64,000 bases of DNA from Trichoplax adhaerens. Lineage: Eukaryota > Animalia > Placozoa. The notes under the pieces were generated by a model. It saw only the letters and a list, made by a program, of their open reading frames with translations, was not told the origin of the DNA and ran no database searches. A program made the position numbers and the translations under genes. How positions within the stretch are numbered: the stretch's first letter is position 1; every line of letters begins with the position of its first letter. Positions 40,701 through 51,287 of this stretch are shown one piece after another. Location: positions 814,272 to 878,271 of the forward strand of contig NW_002060958.1 in assembly GCF_000150275.1 (NCBI RefSeq), written 5' to 3'.

Positions 40701-43700
40701 ACGTAAGTTACTAACGAAAGCACGATTAAATACTGGTTTCGATGCAATTTTATTAATGGCATATCATTAACCTAACAGTAAATACATCAGCCTATTAGTT
40801 TTACATTTATCTAGCAACTATAGCAACCGATTAATTTACGCCAGGGTGTGCAACATTTCTCAACGAAACCAGATGATAAAAGATGACGCAAAATGAAGCT
40901 AGTTTTTTAGATCGATAATCCATTATAAGCCACCTTTTCTTAAAGGTAACCTACAATAACATGATATAAAATAATATTTTTCAGTAAATTTAACCCAACA
41001 TATTAAGAAATGAGATAGTGAGAATGATGAAGACGGTTAAAATAAAAAGTCAGGCTAGACAGAATATTAATGTATCATTTAGTAATGAAATAAAATATAT
41101 CATTTTATATTCTCCAACTTAAAATGGATTAATCAATTAGTGTTAAAATTGTTGAAGAATTAAAAATCACGTTTCTTACGGCTTAATAGAGAACATTAAG
41201 CTGCAACAATCGAATATTTATCTACAAATATGTCTATCACCCTACCATATTAAATGAGTTATTGAACAGGTGCATTACAATTCATAGGCACGATAAAATG
41301 ATAGAGACACCATCCTAGCGTATCCCCCATGTTTACATTGCGATAATTGTTTAAAATTCTTTGTTAAAATCATAACGTTATTTCCACTAATAGACGGAAG
41401 TTAACGTCATCGCGGAGCCATTTTCATTCAAATGTAAATGAAATCTCTTATGACATTTCTATGATGAAAGTAGCTTAGCAGACAGAGCTGTTTAACACGA
41501 TCTGAGTGAGTTTTAAATAAATTATACTTTTTATCAAATTTTATGAAGCATTTAATATTCGCTTGCCGTCAATAATCGGCATGTGATTAAATGTACCATT
41601 ATATAACAATTATGATAAGTTGTATATTTATTGATCTTGAAATTTAAGGTTGATCTAGTGCACCGAAATTTACACGTAGGAGAAATATCCGTTAAATACC
41701 CGTTAAAACGCCTTTTATAATCTATTATAACTAGGTAATCGCAAATTGTATTTTAAATGTTATTATTGTTTTCAAGTTTCTTCCATTTCGATTCTCTTTA
41801 TTGAACATGTATAAACGAGCAACAACATACCCAGTACTTATATAGGAAATAATACTTCATTGACATGATAAAGTTAGATAACGAATGACGACTTGTATCG
41901 ATTTTTTTAATTTAAATTTTTTGTGATCGTTAAAATTATATTATATTTGACGTGAAATTATATCAATAAGTTAGATTTGCAAACCTAATATCGATTATTC
42001 TAATGATTAATGGGCCTAACATGAAATCGATATAGTTATTCCATCTTTCAAGTATATTAGAGTAATAAAAGCGCTCAACCGCTCTCTTCAACAATTAACT
42101 GAAAAGTACATCAAATGGCATATTTGTGGTAGCTTTCTAAATTTGAGGAATTCCTTACAATGTATGGACAGATTAAATTAATTAGCGGTACCACTTTGGA
42201 GAACTATTGTTACTTTAGTTTGAATACCTTATCAAAATAAACTAATCAAGGGAACCATCGCTTCACAGCCCATTTTTTTTCAATTGCACGTAATATCTAT
42301 TTCATTATTAGGCTAGACAGGTTTATTTATCAATTAAATAGCCTTTTAATACATCAAATGTGATGGAATAACTGATTCATCATTCTATAAAAAGATAATA
42401 AATTTTATGATAGAAGAATATCATTTAAGTCCCTACTTTTTTTTCTGTAGCAAATAATCAATCGGAAAAAGTGAAGAATAAAGAAACTTCTCTTATCATA
42501 TGTCCCTTTCAATCTAGGAATCGTACTTTCTTTTCATTACCTAGAATATCGTATTGATTTCCCAATGTAGCTAATAAATTAGGATAATAATAGCTCTTAT
42601 TGCTGTCAACAATCTTGAATTTGTTTTGTTTCAAGTACTCCTTTGTCAATGATACAATTCATTTCATTCTGTTTTGATTAAGATGCTATCTAGATAAATC
42701 TCAGTATATGATTGATCTTAGTAGTTAATTTTCAAATTTGACTTATGGAAGTAATAAAACAATAATAATGATGGAAGAGTAATTATTAATCAGTAACTTA
42801 ATAATACAAAATAAAGTTCTTCCATCTAATAATGGCCTTAAAATTCTGATTTGTCTCCAAAAATTCAAAAAGATTTTTTTTAGAGTAATAATTTAGTGTT
42901 TAGTTTTACGGCCATCATAAAATAATATAAGATTTAAAAATAGCATTGACATTATCACATTATAAAGATCCAACTTTAATTAAATTAAAGATAAAATAAT
43001 TTTGTAATCCTGACTTTGGTGCGTTCTAACTCTAAAAGCGATATCATACTTATCAAACGGATGCAACTGCTTCCAACTTGATTCTACTTTTACTAATGAA
43101 CAATTAAAGTGAATTGTTTTATTCAAAAGAGCTATTCCAAGTAATTTAATGTAAACGAACAGCATTATTCACATAAATTTATATTACACGTAAATCAAAT
43201 TTGATCAATTTTAACTGCTTAGCAAATTACAATAGTATTACATTCTCTTTCATTTCTATTTAAATAACCTATTACAAACTATATAATTGTGTAATTCCAT
43301 TATCATCTCGATATCAAAATTCAATGCATTCAATTAATTCTAAATATTAATAGAAATAAAATTTATCGAAATCACAGGCGTTTTATGTGAGAATTGTTGT
43401 AATCTTGATGAAAAATTATTTTATTGACAGAATGCTAATAGATGTCTTAATTAAAATAAAAGATTCTCTGTTTTTGTAAGTGACTATTCAATGAAAAAAG
43501 CAAGTATAATTGATTGCTCTAGTGATGTTAACTGTCAAATCGGCGTTCAGTAACTACGAATAGGATGGTGGAAGAAGTCAAAATTTTAGAAAACTTTTAA
43601 ATATCTCTTTCAACGGTATATCTACGCCATTCATAACTTTTCTCCAATTCGAAGATTAAGTGATAAGGAACCGACATTTTCTGTCTAAATAGCATCAAAA

Positions 43701-43837
43701 TCAAGCCTTACTCAAATATAATCATTCACTTTATCTGAAAAGAGAAGTTTTACAAGGCGTCAACTGTAATCAGGTTTCTAAAATATAAATAACGCTACAA
43801 ATATCGTTCGATTCGTGATATTAAAATCTCGATCAGA

Positions 43838-44893
43838 ATGAGTCTAAATGCGCTTATTACATATAATACCACCAAGCCATTTAATCGCTATGCCATGGCT
43901 GCTATTATAACAGCCCCAGTCCTCGTTACCAACATCGGCGTGGTAATGTTAATAGTATGCAAAGATCGTTTGAAAACTCCATCCAACGCAATCTTGTTAA
44001 GTAGCTGTGTGGTTTGCCTCGTTTTAGCGATCGAATTAATAGCAAGTGCTATCGCATCCATTCTTATTTCGGATATTACTAAATTTACAGGATTACTGTG
44101 CATATTAAACAAATCTACAGAGTTAACTTTGTGTGCTGTCTTTAACTTCCATGTTACTGCTATTAGCCTAGAAAGATATTATTCGGTTATTTTTCCATTT
44201 AAATATCAAAAACTATCCGACAGAAAAAATACAGCTATTGCCACTATTCTACTATGGACTATTCCCTTTATCATTATTTATCTACCAGTAACAATTTCGG
44301 CAATTCAAATTAATCAAGGCTGCTCTAACTGGACTGATATTTATAGCGTTAAAGTAGCATTTTATTACGTACTTTTCCCCTTTACCTTATTCCTACCTCC
44401 CATTGTAACTTTATTCGCTTATACATCCATAATCTATAAGATATATGCTATAACGCGTAAAACTTGGCCAGCTACTACTGAAAATTCAAATCCAGAACCA
44501 CGCAACGTAGCCTTCCAATTAATTATTAATCATAAGAAAGCGCTAATTCAAATGCTTATGATGCTTGGAACTTATGCGCTATCTTTTTTCCCCTTTTTTG
44601 CTTTCTATATCATTTACGTTGAAAGTCGTGGTCAACAGTTTATTACTGCCACTTACGTAAGTTATTTGATCGCTGTTGCCTATCTTTTTAGCCATCCGAT
44701 ACTCTTAGTACTTTTTACCGCTTCTATTAAGGAAGAGGTTAAAAAAGTACTCAAATCCAACTTTACATGCCTAAGTCGAATATTTGGAGGTCATACAAAA
44801 TCAAATCCAGACACTGATGATAAAGTAACAAGATCAAGCCATTTGGACCCGGTGCGAACCACTGTCATTAGCAAGATTGCTATTGCTACATGA
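43838..44893 (+). CDS. Orphan rhodopsin-like (class A) 7TM GPCR, single coding exon, 351 aa
   Basis: 7TM pattern; 'SLERYYSVIFPFKY'; closest by eye to the 27629 paralogue (STEL, VLFP..LF.P, FYIIYVES). Confidence 0.95.
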   Translation: MSLNALITYNTTKPFNRYAMAAIITAPVLVTNIGVVMLIVCKDRLKTPSNAILLSSCVVCLVLAIELIASAIASILISDITKFTGLLCILNKSTELTLCAVFNFHVTAISLERYYSVIFPFKYQKLSDRKNTAIATILLWTIPFIIIYLPVTISAIQINQGCSNWTDIYSVKVAFYYVLFPFTLFLPPIVTLFAYTSIIYKIYAITRKTWPATTENSNPEPRNVAFQLIINHKKALIQMLMMLGTYALSFFPFFAFYIIYVESRGQQFITATYVSYLIAVAYLFSHPILLVLFTASIKEEVKKVLKSNFTCLSRIFGGHTKSNPDTDDKVTRSSHLDPVRTTVISKIAIAT

Positions 44894-47000
44894 GTGCATT
44901 AACTGGAAATTTAATCAGTCTGTCACTTGTAATTACATCTCATTTAATATAATCAAGATAAGTAAGACCATTCCTAACTTTAAAAGTAATATTATTTCTT
45001 TACTCAATCGGTAGGATAGCACTTACTTATGCTGCTATAATTAGGGAAGTGTTGTTGCTATGTAAAATTACGGAATTATTTTTTAAAAATATTAACTGCT
45101 ATTAGCCATTAATCGATAATTAGCTAAATAGAACCTTTCAATAATAAGTAGAAATGAAAAGTTAAGCCCGTCAAGGACAAATGGATGGCATTTGTTTTAC
45201 GTCATATTGTTGAATAGGATTTCAAAATGTAATTTTTAGTTAATTCAATGCATGATCTAGGTAAATTTTAAATTTCAATCAATTCCTGTCAACAATTGCC
45301 TATTCATCTTCCTATCTCAAGCACTTTTAACGTTATTGAATGTACTAATTTAATTAACTGTATTACAGGAGCGTGAACGAAAATAACGATAACAATGGTT
45401 CAGCAATAACTTAAATTGATTCTGTATAGCTAGAAATACTGGTATATCCTGTTAAATTGACAGTAGCATCAAAAGCTGTATTTATATGTATGCCTTAACT
45501 TATCCTACAGTAAACTGTCCGGAAAATTTGATTGTAGATTCTGCCTAACCTATTACTGGCAGTACCTTTATTATTTTACTTAAGTTAAAAATCGCTATTA
45601 CCATCCTATTCTATTTATCAGATAAAATATATACTTTCATTGATTATTGTCGATCATAAGATGATCAAAGTACAGTATCTTGGATATGAAATCAACATAT
45701 ATAAAAAATCTTTATTATATAAGTATATCTATACGTACTTTGGTTTTTCAATCCTAATACGATAATTAGCGTTTATATACTTGTATATGATTCAAGATGT
45801 TATAAATCTAAACTTCAAAATTTTTAAAACTTATATTACCAGACATCTCGTAATTATTATCTATATTAAAAATAAATTTGCTGTTCTCAAAGTTCAATAA
45901 CAAAATTACAGTGAATGAATAATCTTTTGCATTATTTTCGGTCTGCATTTTATAAAGATAATTAAAATTCAATAATTATATTTATAGCTGTAGTTGATTG
46001 CATGCGTTATGATATTATCTATTCACGATAGAAATCTCTTTAAAGTAGTTTGATTATACTCTATAAATTTATTGATCAATCGAAGCAATTAAAAAAATTT
46101 GCTTGACTATCACTAACTAAACTATATGATATTATCAGACTAGTTTAATATCATAACATGATAATAAGAACTTAATTATTGTAGACCAAATTTTAAGACA
46201 CAGCTGTAGCACTGTTTATGTATCGTATATCAATTACACTCTCTACATTAATTAATTTAACATTTCCATTCGATTCTATTTTCTGTTTTCAGCTATTCTA
46301 TCAAATTGGTAAACAATAAAACACATATTACCATTGTAAAGTAGTACCGCTAATCATTTGAATCATAATAACTGAAAGTCATTCCCCCAAGAAGCTAATA
46401 TCCAAGCAGTAGCATGCATCTTTACTTAATTAAAACATTTTCTGCCCTCATAAATGACATACCACTGAATTATATCATTGAATATATTCGTATAAGAAAT
46501 ACCATAAACTTAAAAATTCAATGATAGAGTGACAAATTCTTATACAAATGTTTTTAACATCTGGCCATGATAATCGATGAGTAATCAAGTAAAATAGTAA
46601 AATAATTATTTAAGAATGAATCATCAATATCCCGTAATTAATCAGAATGTACTTACGCATGAAGTAAAATTCCCTTGAGAATCATTACATAATAGGCGCA
46701 TGTAAATATATGCCATAAATATCGATTTGATAACACAGTCCTATCAATCAGATATTTTATATGTGATAAAAGATGCTGCATGCGGCAATTACTAAAATTT
46801 CATATTGCTGTACACCTTCAAACTAGTTGGACTACCTTAATACTTGTGATGGTAATTTGGGGAATGTTTGTAACAGACTAAAAAAAGTTAATCAATAACC
46901 TGAATATTTATCGTTCCATATTTGGGGTTATTGGATGTTCTGAGTACTCAGCCTAGGCCAGTATATACCTTAAAACGACCAATATGGGTCTATATGTTAC

Positions 47001-47157
47001 GGCCATTCCTAAGGCTGACTTTGTCGTGAACATTTAGTCACGGTCAATGCTAAAAGTGTAATCATTGCTAAGATTGTCCAACCATTCTTAGGAATGATTA
47101 CAGTCTTAGCATTGACCGTAACTAATGTAAAGAACAAAATCAGTCTTAGAAATGGCC
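47001..47157. mobile_element. Fold-back palindromic element (MITE-like), 157 bp
   Basis: ~75-bp imperfect inverted arms (GGCCATT...AATGGCC) around a very short loop. Confidence 0.7.
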
Positions 47158-47179
47158 CAGTCGTACCTTGGATTGGTGT

Positions 47180-47352
47180 CTGATAAGTCCATATTTTTTT
47201 CGAGCAGTTTAGTTATACCTATCCATAACGGACCAATTTTACTAAAAGCAATAATTGTATGATGGGATATGATAGGTACATATTTCTTTTATTGCAGTTT
47301 AGTTGTACATGTCTATACCGGACCAATTTATTACGATATAGGTACATATTTT
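47180..47352. repeat. Degenerate ~90-bp tandem duplication
   Basis: 'gcagtttagtt...cggaccaattt' twice and 'ataggtacatattt' twice. Confidence 0.7.
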
Positions 47353-48403
47353 TTGCACATCAATTTATATCATAAAGCCTATATGATATTTACGCTTAAT
47401 AGAGTATATCTAGCTCTATACATATAATCCAAAATAAAATCTGCTAAGAAAGATGCGTGGATGTAAAGTTAAGTACTATACAAAGAGACGGAAAGTAGCA
47501 TTGCCATTATGCATTTCACTATTCATAACGAAATGGAAAGAGATACATTTTTGAAGCTAGAATTGCTCCAAGTTAAGTTAATATATACATAGCGTGATGG
47601 AAATTTCTCTAATTCGCTTCATAGCAACCATTCAACTTTAAAAGTACAGAACAAAGTGGATATTGAATATACTTTTAAAATTGTATTTACTCATCAGGCA
47701 AATCGTGCTATCTCTGGGCAGAAAGTCTTACTATGAAAGTAAAATCGTTTTATCGTCTTGTAATATCATTATCTTTATGGATCGAAAATTGGCGCTCATA
47801 GTTGTATACTATAAATAAATACAATCCAAAAACGCACCAATTGAATTTGTCTGCAAGTATGTCATGCGGTATGATGTGGTTTATTTGTAGCATTTAGTTT
47901 GCAAATGCTGTCGTATATCGTATTTTACTCTTACAAGCTTTCTCCACTCACAAAATATCTGTGCCAGTGTTGAACACTGATCCATACCTCAAGCTTTCCA
48001 TTAAGTCGCTGATGTTGTAATTATACTATACTGTATTGTACAAGTCCAACTCGTGGCCATTCCACCCATTCGACTATCCCTTGCTGGCGTATGATTTGAT
48101 TGTACAAAGATGCCGCTGTACTGTACTTGTGCAGCACAGTGTGATCTTTTTCCTTTCCAATTCTTTCATATGAAGTGAAAGATTTTAGTATTAACCAATG
48201 TAACATGATATACATGCATCCATCGACAAGAGCTTACTGTTTCCACATATAAAAAATAGGCCGGATTGGGTCAAAAAATGCCCGCCTAGAATTAGAATAG
48301 GTGCTGATTCATCGGATTGGAAAAGGATTCTGCTGTCCTGTACACTGGTAAATGAGTCATGGACTGACACTCGTGCGGTCGCGCAATGTGCAATGGAATA
48401 TTT

Positions 48404-49016
48404 CGGATTAATATCGGATAATCACTTCAACGATTGGACTAGGTTCTGCGTTGCATGGAATTTTGATTTTATTGAAGATACAAAACGTATTTCAATAAAC
48501 ATACAGACAGGGCTATTTTCCGGATTAATATCGGATAATCACCTCAACGATTGGACTGGGTTCTGCGTGGAATTCTGATTTTATTGACGATACAAAACGC
48601 ATTTCAATAAACATACAGACAGGGCTATTTTCCGGATTAATATCGGATAATCACCTCAACGATCGGACTGGGTTCTGCGTGGAATTCTGATTTTATTGAA
48701 GATACAATACGCATTTCAATAAACATACAGACAGGGCTATTTTCCGGATTAATATCGGATGATCACCTCAACGATCGGACTGGGTTCTGCGTGGAATTCT
48801 GATTTTATTGAAGATACAATACGCATTTCAATAAACATACAGACAGGGCTATTTTCCGGATTAATATCGGATAATCACCTCAACGATTGGACTGGGTTCT
48901 GCGTGGAATTCTGATTTTATTGACGATACAAAACGCATTTCAATAAACATACAGACAGGGCTATTTTCCGGATTAATATCGGATAATCACCTCAACCATC
49001 GGGCTGGGTTCTGCGT
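48404..49016. repeat. Tandem array, 112-bp unit, ~5.4 copies
   Basis: 'cggattaatatcggat' at 48404, 48521, 48633, 48745, 48857, 48969 (first unit 117 bp). Confidence 0.97.
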
Positions 49017-49560
49017 TTCGTATCTTACCCTTTAAAGTCCAATCGTGTTTCGGAGCCAAAATAGAAAATATCAATCAGAGTGATGTTGGTAGCGTCCTTC
49101 GCTCCAACCATACAGCACTTCCATCAGCGTCGGGAGTGAGTTGTCAGTACGATACAAAATACGACAGTATAGTACTTGGAAAATATTCGTTTTGCATGGT
49201 TCTAGCGCTCAATTGACTGCTTCAATGTAAAATTGAATTACGGATAGAGAATCACCAAGTCAACAGCTATCTGTCCATATCCATTCAAATTATGCCTTTG
49301 CCATCTATTTTGTACAAATTGATGCAAAAATGGCAATAGCCAATCTGAATCTGCATCACGTGATACAGCTTATGGACGACCACGGTCAGGATCAGCGACA
49401 TGGACGACTAATAGAAGAAGATCCGTCTCCTTTTGAGTCGTCCATGTCACGTCCACAAAAAAGAAAGAAGAGAAAAGAGGAACGTAAAGCAATCGTCCAC
49501 GATACAGTACTAAATAATGGAGAAGCTGATGGTTTTTTGGCTCATTTCGGTTGACATAAT

Positions 49561-50953
49561 GAGTATTTTCACTTTTTCAGTACTTCAATGATCCGAGTAC
49601 TCTGCTATGACAACCAAACCCGGCCTACAAATCCCCAAATTTCTCTCTTCAATACTATACTGCAGAATTGCAGATACAAGTATTTTCACTTTTTCAGTCC
49701 TTCATGAGTGCTGATACAAGTATTTTCACTTTTTCAGTCCTTCAATAACCCGAGTACTCGGGTATGAAAACCAAACCCGGGCTACAAATCCTCAAATTTC
49801 TCTATACTGCAGAATTGCAGATACAAGTATTTTCACTTTTTCAGTCCTTCAATAACCCGAGTATTCGGGTATGAAAACCAAACCCGGGCTACAAATCCCC
49901 AAATTTCACTCTTCATTACTCTACTGCTGATAGAAGTATTTTCACTTTTTCAGTCCTTCAATAACCCGAGTACTCGGGTATGAAAACCAAACCCGGGCTA
50001 CAAATCCTCAAATTTCTCTATACTGCAGAATTGCAGATACAAGTATTTTCACTTTTTCAGTCCTTCAATAACCCGAGTATTCGGGTATGAAAACCAAACC
50101 CGGGGCTACAAATCCCCAAATTTCACTCATCATTACTCTACTGCAGATAGAAGTATTTTCACTTTTTCAGTACTTCAATAACCCGAGTATTCGGGTATGA
50201 AAACCAAATCCGGGCTGCAAATCCGAAAATTTCACTCATCATTACTATACTGCAGATACAAGTATTTTCACTTTTTCAGTCCTTCAATAACCCGAGTACT
50301 CGGGTATGAAAACCAAACCCGGTCTACAAATCCTCAAATTTCTCTATACTGCAGAATTGCAGATACAAGTATTTTCACTTTTTCAGTCCTTCAATAACCC
50401 GAGTATTCGGGTATGAAAACCAAACCCGGGCTACAAATCCCCAAATTTCACTCATCATTACTCTACTGCAGATAGAAGTATTTTCACTTTTTCAGTCCTT
50501 CAATAACCCGAGTATTCGGGTATGAAAACCAAATCCGGGCTACAAATCCCCAAATTTCACTCATCATTACTATACTGCAGATACAAGTATTTTCACTTTT
50601 TCAGTCCTTCAATAGCCCGAGTATTCGGGTATGAAAACCAAATCCGGGCTACAAATCCCCAAATTTCACTCATCATTACTCTACTGCAGATACAAGTATT
50701 TTCACTTTTTCAGTACTTCAATAACCCGAGTATTCGGGTATGAAAACCAAATCCGGGCTACAAATCCCCAAATTTCACTCATCATTACTATACTGCAGAT
50801 ACAAGTATTTTCACTTTTTCAGTCCTTCAATAGCCCGAGTATTCGGGTATGAAAACCAAATCCGGGCTACAAATCCCCAAATTTCACTCATCATTACTCT
50901 ACTGCAGATACAAGTATTTTCACTTTTTCAGTCCTTCAATAACCCGAGTACTC
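49561..50953. repeat. Tandem array, 107-110-bp unit, ~13 copies with higher-order structure
   Basis: 'tattttcacttttt' anchors at 49564, 49681, 49721, 49828, 49937, 50044, 50154, 50263, 50370, 50479, 50588, 50697, 50806, 50915. Confidence 0.97.
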
Positions 50954-51287
50954 AAATCGGATAATTTTCAAACCATGCTTGGAGAAATGGTCCGTCCATC
51001 CGAATGCGAGTTCAGGCTGTCTGCGCATAGGGTTTCGGGCCCGGTCCATTTTCATTTTGGAGTAGGCAGCCAGTATTGTACGGTAGAGTAGTGTATCGTC
51101 CAATGCTACAAGTCTATAGTAGAGTAGTAAAAGCAAGAAGAAATGTCCACCTCGGCCTGCTGTACCAGGATCGAGTTCAAGTCAACCCTGGTAAGTGGTG
51201 GCACAGAAGCAGGAATCCAATTGCTCTCTTTTGCCAGCTTATCCTCTTCTACTCTGGTTGTACTTTCCACTTTACTTTTGCTACAAA

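Noticed and set aside
9616-43837. GPCR pseudogenes or hidden multi-exon genes in the long intergenic gaps
   Set aside because: Isolated acceptor-like sites (~13459, ~30256, ~31543) exist, but I could not build a coding chain or see 7TM remnants; TBLASTN with the three GPCRs and RNA-seq would be needed.
43888-44112. Antisense ORF inside GPCR 3 (likewise 59124-59321 inside MFSD6)
   Set aside because: Shadow ORFs of real genes.
8611-44893. Opsin or named aminergic/peptide receptor assignment
   Set aside because: No TM7 retinal-binding Lys, no TM3 Asp3.32 and no diagnostic motifs; left as orphans.
49330-49554. 74-aa ORF with an NLS-like basic run
   Set aside because: No recognisable domain; the basic run comes from a purine-rich low-complexity tract within an inverted-repeat region.
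48404-50953. CRISPR-like array
   Set aside because: Whole units are repeated with no unique spacers, there are no cas genes, and the context is eukaryotic.
50197-51091. Repeated 'MKTKSGLQI...' ORFs (and the ORF at 48393-48578)
   Set aside because: By-products of tandem repeats whose period is not a multiple of three.
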